A program made the position numbers and the translations under genes. DNA of 61,399 nucleotides, the filler included, from Globobulimina sp. (lineage: Eukaryota): the NCBI GenBank assembly GCA_003354225.1. It is 23 parts of 23 records of this genome, joined end to end, with 100 filler letters (N's around TTAATTAATTAA, not from the genome) between each part and the next. Parts side by side here need not be neighbours in the genome. Positions count along the whole stretch, not along the records: positions 21,406 to 23,980 come from PIVH01005907.1; positions 24,081 to 26,654 come from PIVH01005908.1; positions 26,755 to 29,328 come from PIVH01005909.1; positions 29,429 to 32,001 come from PIVH01005910.1; positions 32,102 to 34,674 come from PIVH01005911.1; 18 more parts are not named here. One strand, 5' to 3'. Positions 22,304-34,353 of the stretch are shown one piece after another. The notes beneath the pieces are model-generated. The model did no database searches and was not told where the DNA came from. It saw nothing but the letters and a program-made list of their open reading frames with translations. How positions within the stretch are numbered: the first letter of the stretch is position 1; each line of letters begins with the position of its first letter.

Positions 22304-22371
22304 TTTCTACAAAAATTTAAATTTAACTTTTACAGTTTTTTGAATCGTTTTCTAGCTATGCTATCATTGCT

Positions 22372-23604
22372 ATGTTGCGTTCATCCCTTCGTTTACGACA
22401 ATGTAGAAACATCCAATTATTTGATCACCTCATTCAACACCGTGTTTTCACCCAACAATTACAAAAATTGCCTTCAATAACGGAAGATGACGCATATCAG
22501 ACAACCATCCAAGAACAAGACGACGACGAACCCAAAGAATTGACGTTAAAACAGTACATCAAATTATATAAAACCTTAAGTAAATGGAATTTATCCTTAT
22601 TAAACGGCATAGTAACCGGCAGCACCGCCTTCCTTTGCAGCGGCGGTATATTATTCCCAGTGGCCTTACCAGCAACCATTGGTTGCATATCCTTAGCGAT
22701 CTCAGCTTCCGCTTTAAACCAATTACAAGAATACAAATGCGACAAATTAATGCAACGCACCAGATTCAAACGGCCGTTATGCACTGGCAAACTGAGCAAT
22801 AATTCAGCTGCATTATGGAGCGTATTATCAATGACCATCGGAGCTTCTGTACTAACTTTTTATTGTGGCTCCACTGCCGCAGTCATTGGGATATCCACTT
22901 TATTTATGTACAATGCAATATATACGCCGTTGAAACGTATCACGCCGTACAACACCGAATTCGGTGCAATTGTGGGTGCCTTGCCGCCGCAAATTGGCAT
23001 TGCTGCGTCGCATTACTATTCTGCTACGAATCCAAGTTGTTTTTCAGTGTTTTTTGACACTATCAACGATCCGTTGTGTTGGTACAGTTTTGCGTTGTTA
23101 TATACGTGGCAAATGCCACATTTTTTGTATTTGAGTGTGCGTAATAAAGACGATTACATTCGCGGCGGCTTCAAGATGTGGTCGGGTCAGTATGAAGGCG
23201 ACAGTTTGTGTAAGAAAAAGTCTTTGCTTTATACGACTGCATTGTTGCCGTTACCGGCTTTGTTGTCATATTCGAATATTACGTCATGGATGTTTGCATT
23301 TGATGGGACTGTGTTGAATGTGTTGTATTTATTCACTGTGTATAAATGGTATGGTAGTCATCACCACAAATCTGGGAAATCGTCGTTTTATGCCAATTTG
23401 TTGTATTTGCCATCGATTTTGTTTTTAATGATAATACATTCGAAGAGATGGAAATATACGAAAGGTGAGTTTTGGTCGACGCATTTGGCGTGTTTGCAAC
23501 ATAAAGGAACTAAGTATTGTTTGTATGAGAATGAGGAGTGTGTGGAGGGCGAGTTGCAAGTTCCAAGTGATGCTTCGTGTACATCGCCGTTTAGAATTAA
23601 CTGA
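22372..23604 (+). CDS. COX10: Protoheme IX farnesyltransferase (heme O synthase), mitochondrial
   Basis: Arg/Ser/Leu-rich presequence, ASALNQ..E..DKLMQRT..RPL..G, YTPLKR, GAIVGALPP, WQMPHF, DDY..GGF and multiple TMs. Confidence 0.95.
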   Translation: MLRSSLRLRQCRNIQLFDHLIQHRVFTQQLQKLPSITEDDAYQTTIQEQDDDEPKELTLKQYIKLYKTLSKWNLSLLNGIVTGSTAFLCSGGILFPVALPATIGCISLAISASALNQLQEYKCDKLMQRTRFKRPLCTGKLSNNSAALWSVLSMTIGASVLTFYCGSTAAVIGISTLFMYNAIYTPLKRITPYNTEFGAIVGALPPQIGIAASHYYSATNPSCFSVFFDTINDPLCWYSFALLYTWQMPHFLYLSVRNKDDYIRGGFKMWSGQYEGDSLCKKKSLLYTTALLPLPALLSYSNITSWMFAFDGTVLNVLYLFTVYKWYGSHHHKSGKSSFYANLLYLPSILFLMIIHSKRWKYTKGEFWSTHLACLQHKGTKYCLYENEECVEGELQVPSDASCTSPFRIN

Positions 23605-23802
23605 AAAGATAATATTTATTTGTTGAGTGCAAGGATAGCTTACTTTACTTACTAGCTCGATTGCACACTAAACACACTGAAAAAATATAAACTACATATT
23701 ATATATAAATAAAATTAAACACACTCTTAAGATATAAAAACAATATAAAAGTCACAACACACTTTTTAAAATTAACGATAATATAAAAGTTTTTAAATTT
23801 AA

Positions 23803-23979
23803 CTAGAAAGCAGCATCTCCGTTTGCTTTAAATATAATATATCCCGTCCTATCATTCCACACATATTCAGGATGTTGCTTTCCTTTCGCATGTAACTCAT
23901 CCTGTATTTCCTCAAATATTTCAGAAAGAAATCGCCTCCCCTCATTTTCCAACATTTGAATATATTTTGCATAAAATTC
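23803..23979 (-). CDS. C-terminal fragment, possibly caspase-like small subunit
   Basis: Open frame EFYAKYIQMLENEGRRFLSEIFEEIQDELHAKGKQHPEYVWNDRTGYIIF. The helix followed by KQxP resembles the end of caspase p10. Confidence 0.35.
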   Translation of the reverse strand, partial: EFYAKYIQMLENEGRRFLSEIFEEIQDELHAKGKQHPEYVWNDRTGYIIFKANGDAAF

Positions 23980-24080
23980 GNNNNNNNNNNNNNNNNNNNN
24001 NNNNNNNNNNNNNNNNNNNNNNNNTTAATTAATTAANNNNNNNNNNNNNNNNNNNNNNNNNNNNNNNNNNNNNNNNNNNN

Positions 24081-25616
24081 TAGAAAATATATTTTGAATC
24101 AGCTCAGAGAGTTTATAGAATTATTTGAAAGTACAAATGTGAACAAAATGGATATGACTCAAATTATTGATGAACAAATTGAATCAATTATTGATTTGCT
24201 GTATGGACACGATGTAAATGGGTCAGATTACTCCGATAGAAACATTTTAGCTGTTCCAATGAATTTCATTTTCAGCGTTTCGGCCTCGGAGATAAATCAA
24301 GTTCGAAAGTTATGCTCAATTACTTTTGCATATGAATTCAACGCAGGCCACGAAGATATGAATTTTTTAATAGCAAAAACAATTGATTTTAAAAACAAAT
24401 TTCCTGTGTTAATGAATCTCGTCGATTCGTTTTCGAGATATCGTGCCGACCAAAACAAAGTACTGTGGGAGAGAAATAAAAAAATACCATTGCCGCATAA
24501 GTGGATGCGCATAAAAAGTATAGAGACATTGGGGTAAAATGTATGATATCAGCAATGGAAACCATTATAAAACGTGTATCACCAACATTGAGTTATGATC
24601 ATTTGGTTACAAATATAATATGCGATTCATATGATATATTTGCAAGGTATGCAATGGCTATGAACAAACTGGTTTATTTAATACAAAATAATGACCGAGA
24701 ATGGCAATATTCGCCAATGCAAATTGATTTGTGGATAATTCCCAGATTGTCACGTTCACGGCGTCGACACACATTGCTTCTGGACATATTTGATCATATT
24801 TTGTTTGATGCAGAGGCTCAGTCCGAAGAGGAGCTGGATAGAGATCAGCTATATCGTCCAATCTCTATTTCAGATGATAGTGATGATACAATCGAATCTT
24901 TGGGCACTCAAATTAATAATAAACGATTGGAAATATGGGATTTAGAGCAAAATTTGACAGATGCTGGCTATGAAAAAGGTAATGATTACTTTGTATCGTA
25001 CGGTAACAATGATTATAATATTGGCGTATTGAAAAAAACATTAACTACTCTGTGGCGGAAAAATGTGGAATGGGAGAATAAAAGACATAGACGTTACATA
25101 CTAATTATTGATCGGAGAAATCCGAAACATATTAGAAACAAACAAATGATGGATGATTTACAGTGCGCTCAAACATGGAATGACAAATTATATTTAATTC
25201 AACCAAAAAAATATAACACCATCCATACACAGTACGAATTTTCAAATGAATGTTTTGCAATTAACACAAAGGAGTATTTGTTACCATTGCCATTGGAAGA
25301 TGGGAGTTTTGGAGGGTGTCAAGATGAGAGTTTTGGAGGATTGCACCATGGAAATGGTTACAAATTTCTGTTGTCATTTCATATTTACTCTCACGATGTT
25401 GTGAAAATGTATTGGTATTGGTTCCATGGAGTACAACGATTTTTTATGGACGATATCCAATGGTTATGGCCACGGTACTTTAAGTTAATCGATAATGACG
25501 CATTTCAAACATTGAGTGACGAATCCAACTATGTGCTGCAGAATGTAATATCACAAGATAATCTCCCAGATAAACAATTTGACGTATTTCGGAGAAATGT
25601 TTTACAACTCTGTTAA
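24081..25616 (+). CDS. Hypothetical protein, 5' partial, split across two frames
   Basis: ORFs 24094-24537 and 24501-25616 overlap. They can be joined by a 59-nt GT-AG intron (24460-24518) or by a 1-nt indel. Confidence 0.6.
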
Positions 25617-25736
25617 TAAATTAAATGTGAGAGAGGTTTTTGTTCAAAAACATTTTTCTCAACTTTAATTCACATTTATAATGTGATCAGACTGTACAAG
25701 TATATGGCCGAAGGTTTGTGAACCTCACCAAGTTCT

Positions 25737-26654
25737 GTGACCTATGTGATTAATATACAAAACACAGAAGCACCAAATGATGTATATTCTCAATTGGACA
25801 AAGACCAAAAACAAAAACCCATCAGAAAACAGACAGAAAAACCCATGAAAAATCAAAAAGAAAAACCGAAAATTCTTCCAAATAAATCAATGCAACGAAA
25901 TGCAGAAAGAGAATTTGAAAAACAAAAAGAATCGTACTCGCAAATGATTTATCCACAAACCTTCGACGAAAAGAAAGACGAAGCATTTGTACATCTATTG
26001 GTAGAATTTGGTGACCAATGCGTGTTGGATATGACGGACATGAAATGTGTTATGAATAACTTTGCTTTACATGCTATGAACAGAGATTGTGATATCGTCC
26101 ATTCTCATCAATTTACATTTTTCTTACGTACATTTTTTAAATCGTTATTACTTACAAATTACAATGGTAATAAAATTGATCTTTATTTGGGAGGACTTGA
26201 AAATCGTCGATTATTTAATATAGCTCCATTTTGTCAAAAATTAAAAGCAATTTGCAATTATTATAAATCAAATACCACCGATGATTATTTTCGTGAAAAG
26301 TTAGTATCGCAAAGATTTTATCCATTTATGCTAAATTGCCAAGCACTGCCGGTGCAATTACATGCATTGATGTTCATTGCTGCCATAGCACCACATTTAA
26401 CAAACGTATCTCATAAATATTGTCTTGTAATGCTTGAGTATAAAGTAAAAGACTTTAATTTTAAAACTGATAACCGATCATTAATGGAGAAGATGCAGGA
26501 TCGACATCGTACGTTTAGTCGATTATTCTCACAAAACGCAGATATATTATCACATTCTGATATGTTTTTAAAAATCGATGCATCAAAATCTGTACATGAC
26601 AAAAATTGGATTACCATTGAAAAAGAAACAAAATCAAAGACATTAACTCCAAAT
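25737..26654 (+). CDS. Hypothetical protein, 3' partial
   Basis: About 300 aa stop-free frame. Start codon uncertain and no family recognised. Confidence 0.6.
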
Positions 26655-26754
26655 NNNNNNNNNNNNNNNNNNNNNNNNNNNNNNNNNNNNNNNNNNNNTT
26701 AATTAATTAANNNNNNNNNNNNNNNNNNNNNNNNNNNNNNNNNNNNNNNNNNNN

Positions 26755-27773
26755 CCGGAGGCATGCAATTTTCGGCAGCCATAATATTTGTAATTGCATT
26801 CAAATCGCAATTTGTGGATGAATATATGTTCCAATATTGGGCAGTGCGCTATGCCAAATATTTAGATAACAATAACAATAAATGGCATAATAATAATAAC
26901 AAAGAGATTGATAAAGCAGTGGAGGGTCACACATGTACACATAATTACGACTATGCTTCGCATCTCCACGGCGATTTTGTGAATCCAGCGACCGCATTCG
27001 CTGCGGCGGCAGCCAATATACATAGAAATACGTCAAATGCAAATGGAGCGTCAGGCGGCTCTTCATCAGCGACCTTGATTACACCCATCGACGATTCTGA
27101 AATTGAACTGAGTATAAAAACAGTGACCACTGTACACACCGTCTCGGAGATTGTTGACATGAACGATATGACGGATTTGAATCAGCAAAATATAGTGTTT
27201 CCTATCAGAAGAAGTTGGAAGTATGACAGTTGTCGGCATACTCCCGACAATAAAAACAAACACATGAATTATTCCACTGTTCTCCACAAAATATACAAGT
27301 GTTTGTTGAGTATATTCATCGGATACGGCGCCACATTCTTAGTCTTTCCATCATTGATTGTTGGCTTAGACTTGGAAAATGAACACTTAATGGAAAGCAA
27401 ATGGAGCGGAGTCGTTTTGTATTTGATATGGTCGGTTTTTGGATGGATTGGAATATTCTTTGCAAACAGATTCCATTTCCACACAACATATAATAACTTA
27501 TGGATATTGCAATGTGTCTGGATGTGCATCATGTATTCACTATTTATCATCGCCAATCAACACGTCATCGTCAGAGATATGGGCATATACACATTGGTGG
27601 CAATTGCGCCATTAATATTCGGCTTTTTGTCAGCGCGCACCTTTGCGGAGCTGCCGCCCAGACTTGGTTTCTTTGAAACTGATATTGCGCAAGGAATCAC
27701 ACAGTTGACTTTGCTGGCGGGCATATTAATTGGTGCGTGGATCGCATTTGGAATGAAGAAATTATTGCCATGA
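26755..27773 (+). CDS. Equilibrative nucleoside transporter (ENT/SLC29)-like, 5' partial
   Basis: Large cytosolic loop then five TMs with TFLVFPSL, FGWIG, GFLS..TF..LP and ETDIAQG..QL.LLAGILIGA, matching ENT TM7-11. Confidence 0.75.
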
Positions 27774-27924
27774 AAATGCAAAAACTTACAATTGTGCAAG
27801 GATGTAACATTTTGACTAAAAACTTTTTAAAAAAAAAGCGTTTCTGTTTCGTTACAATATGTATGTTAAATTAATCCATGATACATGTATTTTGTTTTAA
27901 ATATTGCCGAATTCCGAGACCTGT

Positions 27925-29211
27925 TTATATGGACAAAATGGGTATTTTCAATCTCAACATCTTCGTTTTTTTGACAAACACCGCATGGATGTTCGGCGAG
28001 TCAATCCTTTGCTTGATGGCATTCCCAAAGTCGTTCCACAATATTTCAAACAATTTGGACTGATTCACAGTTAATTGCACCTGATCCCGGTCTGTATTCA
28101 ACCAGATTTGCTGCTGCTTATTGTGGCCATGCTGTACCTCACACAAATAAATCCAAATCGTAATGCACAACAAATCATTATTTCTGCCATTCATTCTCTT
28201 CAAATTCTCGATGTATTTCCTCATTTCGTGCACCTGCTTGCTTTCGTTGTCATTGTCCAGAACATAGTCATTGTTCCCTCCACGAAGTAGCAAACGATAC
28301 CGCAATGCGGAGGATATCAACTTCCTGCTCTGACTCTGCGGATTCCCTGCGACAATCCCATTATTTACACTGTTCCCTTCCATTTTTTTCAAATTCTCCT
28401 TCAACTGCTGGGCCGCCGACATTTTCTTAGACTTAGTATGGGAGTGATTACTCACTACTTTCTTAGACATAGTCGGCCATTCTTCCATCTTTTGGGGCTT
28501 TTTGTCCTTCCACTTTTTAAATTTCTTCTTCTTGACCGGCTTGCCGGCTTTGCTCGATTTGTTTTTCTTTTCCTTCTTCTTTTTCTTATGCGATTTCGCG
28601 ATGTCTTCCTTCTCCTTTTTCGGCTTTGGTTCGTCAAACTGTCCGGACGCTATTTGCATCGCTATCTCGTCTTTCCATTTTTGTTTATTTGCCTTGTTCT
28701 TGGCTTTCAACTCTGCTTTTTTGCGGATCGACTCTTGGTCGTTGTCATTCGACTTCGACGTAGCTAAATTGTTCTTGTTTTGGCGTCTTTGCCGCAACCA
28801 CTCATCGCGCAAAGCATCGGATCTCTCCTCATAGATCTTCTGCAAAATAATGGATTGCAAGTCCCACAATTTGGTGATGTCCCTCTTGTTGCGAATTTGA
28901 GATTGGATATTATGGCGGATATAGGGATAGATATCTTCTTTGAAATAGGATTCAAACAATTCGTGGGCTGAGGGCGGCGGTAATGTGATATCTAAGGAGA
29001 TTTTCTTTAACAAGTCGGGCAATGTTAATTGGTCGAAACATATTGGGGTTCGAGCGTGAAATTTCTCGCCTTCGAATACGAATTTTACCATTAATTTGTC
29101 ATCTTCTTCGACTGCGGCTGGTGTGGCTTTGGTTGGGCTGTTGTTGTTACTGTTTGTTTTAGAACCTTTTTTGTTATACAGAAGAGCTTTTTTACCAAAT
29201 CCTTTGGACAT
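27925..29211 (-). CDS. Lysine-rich hypothetical protein with a possible C-terminal CS/PIH1-like beta domain
   Basis: Long ORF with a poly-Lys central region, ending AVFVKKTKMLRLKIPI. Confidence 0.6.
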   Translation of the reverse strand: MSKGFGKKALLYNKKGSKTNSNNNSPTKATPAAVEEDDKLMVKFVFEGEKFHARTPICFDQLTLPDLLKKISLDITLPPPSAHELFESYFKEDIYPYIRHNIQSQIRNKRDITKLWDLQSIILQKIYEERSDALRDEWLRQRRQNKNNLATSKSNDNDQESIRKKAELKAKNKANKQKWKDEIAMQIASGQFDEPKPKKEKEDIAKSHKKKKKEKKNKSSKAGKPVKKKKFKKWKDKKPQKMEEWPTMSKKVVSNHSHTKSKKMSAAQQLKENLKKMEGNSVNNGIVAGNPQSQSRKLISSALRYRLLLRGGNNDYVLDNDNESKQVHEMRKYIENLKRMNGRNNDLLCITIWIYLCEVQHGHNKQQQIWLNTDRDQVQLTVNQSKLFEILWNDFGNAIKQRIDSPNIHAVFVKKTKMLRLKIPILSI

Positions 29212-30201
29212 GTTCAATTGTAGAAGTTCTTTTTTTTTTGTCACGACGCAATGAAGAACTACTCAAAAACTTACTTAAACGTACAATAATTAAGAACAAT
29301 CACTCAGTTTTTGTTTCATCTTCATTATNNNNNNNNNNNNNNNNNNNNNNNNNNNNNNNNNNNNNNNNNNNNTTAATTAATTAANNNNNNNNNNNNNNNN
29401 NNNNNNNNNNNNNNNNNNNNNNNNNNNNAGTACTAATATGCGTACCTCTTATCGGGAACACTACTGTACTGTTCAGATTTTCCTGCATAAATACTCGGTC
29501 GTTCAGTTGCTGACAAAAGATTGGATCGGAATCTTGTTTGATGATCTCGCATTGTAAATGTTGTTTTTACCAACTCGATCGTAAATGACCCATGGAAATA
29601 TGTCGTATTCAGTAATGTATTTGTGTCTGTGTATTTTGTAATGTTAGATTGAAATTTTTGAGTGAGTTTACTGCTTCGTGCGCGTTCAATATATTTATTT
29701 GTTTTTGCTCTGCTGAATATATCTCCATGTTTACACAAATGTGGTTTCATTTTCCGAGTGATTGTTGTAATTGAATCATTGTCCGTCTGTTTTGGATAAT
29801 CATACAAGATCGATGGACTGTAATCATAGCATGTTTGTTAAAATGTGTCGATACTAAGTTCTACTTTGTCAATGCGGTGTTTGATGGATTTAATTTTGGA
29901 TTTAAAAAAACAGCACCTGAGTGTCACTGTGACTAGCTCATCATGGCACACATGATTTGTATACTGATCACAATCACATTCATCTCTCTTTTGAAGGTAG
30001 CTTCTTTGTCAGGAACAATTTCCACAGACAGTAACACAACACCAAACAAATCCGGGATCAACGGGAACAGATTGAATGTGATATACGCTGCAGCTGAATT
30101 ATGAAATCCGCTCATTAATTATTGCTTTAATTAGCTTTAATAGCGATCAAAACTAAATTTAATTTCAAAAGCAACGACCCAAAATATTAATATTCAGAGG
30201 T

Positions 30202-31056
30202 ATGGATGATACAGAATGGAGACAAGAGGTGTTTCACATTAATCAAAAGAAAGGATTTGAAAGCTTATTTCACATTTTCAGCGAATCACTCAGTGACCCA
30301 ATATTCATATCGGTGTGCATAATTGGTTGTATTTTCTTCATTTTTGTGCGAGTAATTAGCGAGAAAATCTTTGCTGCATTACCAAAGCATCAACAAAAGA
30401 GCAGCAAAATGACAGCAAAGGGGTTTGGAGGGTGGGTTTCGTCATTAGTGCACGCATTAATTGTTGCGCCTGCTGCCCTCTACATTTTGTGGTATTATCA
30501 ATTGAATGAAGAGATAATGACAGCCAACCACAGTGGCAATGACAATTTAATCATTTTCCGAATTATTACAATGTTGTCCACTTCTTATTTTGCCATTGAT
30601 ACATTGTATTTGGTGTTATTGGTCCCTGAAGCGACCGCAGCTTACAAAGCAACCATGTTTGTCCATCACTCAATCTCTGGCATTTTGACTTTAATGACAA
30701 CAGTGATGAACCCATTGGTATTGCATTTGGTTGCGCTGAGCGAAGCGGTTGAATTTAGTACGATTCTTTTAAATGTAAGAGTCATTGGAAAACTGTTTGA
30801 AATGCCAAAGGTGTATTACATTGGGGGCTTAGGAGGACTCATTACGTATCCCACCAGATTCGTATTGTTGCCCTGGTGTTTAGTATATTCCTATTATCAA
30901 AGAAGTAATCTGACAAAAGTAACCTGCGATGAATTTATGATATTTCAGACTGGTGGAACCACTTTTGGCGTATTAATGAGTGTGTATTATTTCTTTGGAG
31001 TTATTTTGCCAAGTGGAACCAAATTCTTTAAACTTCGTCTGAAAAAACGCGATTAG
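30202..31056 (+). CDS. TLC (TRAM/LAG1/CLN8) domain membrane protein
   Basis: SLVHA, YFAID, MFVHH, EFSTILLNVR and TR motifs set in TM helices. Confidence 0.88.
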   Translation: MDDTEWRQEVFHINQKKGFESLFHIFSESLSDPIFISVCIIGCIFFIFVRVISEKIFAALPKHQQKSSKMTAKGFGGWVSSLVHALIVAPAALYILWYYQLNEEIMTANHSGNDNLIIFRIITMLSTSYFAIDTLYLVLLVPEATAAYKATMFVHHSISGILTLMTTVMNPLVLHLVALSEAVEFSTILLNVRVIGKLFEMPKVYYIGGLGGLITYPTRFVLLPWCLVYSYYQRSNLTKVTCDEFMIFQTGGTTFGVLMSVYYFFGVILPSGTKFFKLRLKKRD

Positions 31057-32101
31057 ATGCTGAATAAACTCGAAAATGTGTCTTGTAGTGTGTTTAATGA
31101 TTTTAATATGACTTTTTTTCGAAACGGTTTGCCTAAAAAACGAAAAAGTTTGTTGAAGCTCAAAAACATTCACTTCAACAATCACAAACCACACAATCAA
31201 AATAAGCAGAAATCCTGCACTACGTTTGTATTTATGACATAATAATACTGTGGAAGCTCAAATCACATAGCAAACCACAACAGCAACCATTCAATGCAAT
31301 AGCGGACATATTAGCTGATATCGGTTGTCAACACCCTCACAATTCCATGCAACTTAATACGATATGCGAAGTATAAATCTTTCCACTTTCCAAGGGGTAT
31401 TATACCCAACCAACTTAACACCCTCACTCAGACCGGGATGAATGTTTCCCCCACTACTACTCAATCAAGACCAGAATGTTGAGGAAGTTTAATAATTTCA
31501 CCATTCTACGGTATTATGATTATCACATTCAAATATTTTGATTTGATACGATTACATTCGCAAAAATGAATGAAAAAGCAATCAAAAAAAGTGATGAATT
31601 TTGGCGTTTTTTTACTTTTACAACTTTTGATACAAAAAAAATCCGTAATACAACATTTGAACCAATTATATATCTGAAATGCAATATGAACGAAAGTATA
31701 ATGATTATTCTAGACCTGGCGCACTAGGATGAACTAGTTAGATCACTCCATCTGTCCTATAAAATTAACATTGAATAAAATGTATATAACTTATCGCCAA
31801 ACGGGTGAGGTATCCAATGGGATATATCGTTTAGTCAAAAAAACATACAGACATTGCAAACTTAGTCATGAGGTGAGAACCGTTCTTATATCGCACAACA
31901 CACACAAATTGAAAATAAAATGAAAAATACACAACTATACATTACCCGCAGTGGTTCCTTGCGGCGTCTCTGTCGTAATGTCATTATTTGGTTGATCTTG
32001 ANNNNNNNNNNNNNNNNNNNNNNNNNNNNNNNNNNNNNNNNNNNNTTAATTAATTAANNNNNNNNNNNNNNNNNNNNNNNNNNNNNNNNNNNNNNNNNNN
32101 N

Positions 32102-33427
32102 CACCGTGCACTAAAATATATTTCAAACCCTAAATACTGGAGAAATATGGCCAAAGGGAAGGAATTAATAAAATTATTAAAAGAAAAAGAAAATAACTGT
32201 TTAAGACTAAGATTGGTCATTGGCCATTTTAACACCGTTGTAAAACCACTAAATATTATTCATCGCAAATTTTTTAATCGTTTCAATATGAAACTACGAG
32301 CTATGTTTCCCTATCATTTACTTATTGAATCTGTAATAATGCTTATATTTGAAATTATTGTTTTTAATGAAAAAATAAAGGAAAATGGATTACGTGTCGA
32401 AGATATGTGGATAATTACAATCGATATTCGTGAATTTTATCCAAATACATGCAATGAATACGTTTTTGAGTCCATGGCTTTACTCAAAAACCTCTTTAGT
32501 ATTGACCCAATATTAATATTTTTAATTAAAAGGACACTGAAAACGTGTTTTGATAATGCATTTTTTGAGATTAATAATACGATTTACAAACAAATCAATG
32601 GCCAAATGATTGGCGGTGATGGTTCTGGTGATATTTGTGACTGTGCCTTATTGATACGCGAATACCACGCATTTTTTAATAAAATTGATGCTAATTTTGC
32701 CAAATACTTCCGATACAAAGACGATATTCTCGCCTTTATGTTTTCTATAAACAAACCATCGGAGAAACACATTCTTGGTATACTTCATCAAATTTATGGC
32801 ACAAATTTTAAGTTTAAAATAAATATAACACGAAATCCCATACAATTCCTTGATATCACACTCAATTTAGACATATTCAATAATGCAATACGTACCACGC
32901 CATATATTAAACCCAGCAATGCCTGTAATTATACTAAGAAACGATCAAACGCACAAAGTACCGTATTAGGTACAATTATTTGTGGTTTATCATTCCGTTA
33001 CATTGTGACTAGTGACACTGAGTGCAAATTTATCCAAAGACGCACTAAATTATACAGAGACTTATTACGTAACGGTTGGACTGCGAAGGATATTCGCGTT
33101 TTGCCACCAAAATATTTCCCTAAATATAATAACAGACGGCAGCTTATAAACGAATACTTTATTAAATTCTGGAATAAATGCTACAAATTTGTAACATGTA
33201 ATTCTAATGCTCCATTATGTATATTTGAGCAATTTGAACAGGATGAAAATAAAGAAACCGTTATATTTAAAAACGGTGTATTTAATAAATGCTATGATAA
33301 CTTACGGGATATTCGCCAAGCCATTGACAAAGGGATTAATTTATTACCTAATAATATGCCAGAAATTGAAGTTATTATTTCTTCATTGGCTTCCCCGGCA
33401 TTGCGATCTCTATTTTATCGCACTTAA
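32102..33427 (+). mobile_element. Penelope-like element (PLE) reverse transcriptase, 5' partial, no C-terminal GIY-YIG endonuclease
   Basis: RT2 LRLVIG, RT3 TIDIREFYPN, RT4 YKQINGQMIGG.GS, RT5 RYKDD, RT7 FLDI. PLE thumb YIKPSN..NY...SN..R..S...F...L..NGW. Stop follows ASPALRSLF. Confidence 0.85.
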
Positions 33428-34353
33428 ATACTATATTTATACATATTAATATTAACAAAATCAATCCATTTTATATTCACTTAATTATATTTATCTTATT
33501 CAAACTACCCACACGCGCATCGTTATAAATTTGTGGGTGTTTTTTATGATTTATATCTCAATATAATCTGAATTTGCATTGATTTATATATTAATTAATC
33601 GATTTCGCACTGATTTTTGTATTGATTTATTGGATTTGCTTTGATCAGTCTTTGATTTGTAAATTTTCAATTTATTTTACATTGATTTAATGTGTGAATT
33701 CGACTGGATTGTAATGACATGATTGTATACAATTCAATATGTTCCAAATTATTATGTATAGATATTTTAATGTTGTTGTATTGATTTATGATTATAAAAA
33801 TTGATTAATATCAGTTTCCCATCGCATTAAAATTGGATCCATTTTTACATTCAGACCATAAGCGTTTCCATATATTTTCATTTAATTATTCAATATCTGG
33901 ATGACTATACGTTATGGAATGAGATTTATGGAATCCATATGCGACTATTATGCTCAATACGACTTTGTTATACTTTTTGTTGTTTGACCCATGGTCGGGC
34001 CTCAATGCCCAACCTCACTCAAAATGTTTTTACAAGAAACAAATAAAAAACCACCTGTGAGTCTTGAATAAGACGTCGGTGCCAAGTGACATAAATTCTT
34101 GTATTAAATTTGTATTTGAATTATTTATTTGTTAATTTATTTATTGGCAAATTCGTCAATTTATCAATCAAACACACAATTGGCCAAAGCAGAAACACTT
34201 TAATTTTATTATATTAAGCGATCCCCGGCGGTGAAGGATATTAAGTCTTGTTACGTTTGCGTCATAGCAGTGGATTATACCACCACTTCGTTCCGCCAGC
34301 CCACAAACTCCCCACCCCACCACCCCCAAATATTAGAAATATGATCATATTTT

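Noticed and set aside
29429-30115. Short minus-strand ORFs 29433-29807 and 29933-30115
   Set aside because: No recognisable motifs or consistent splice model. They may be real but cannot be supported from sequence alone.
31430-31780. Possible decayed ORF on the plus strand
   Set aside because: Several stops and no recognisable family, so it cannot be supported.
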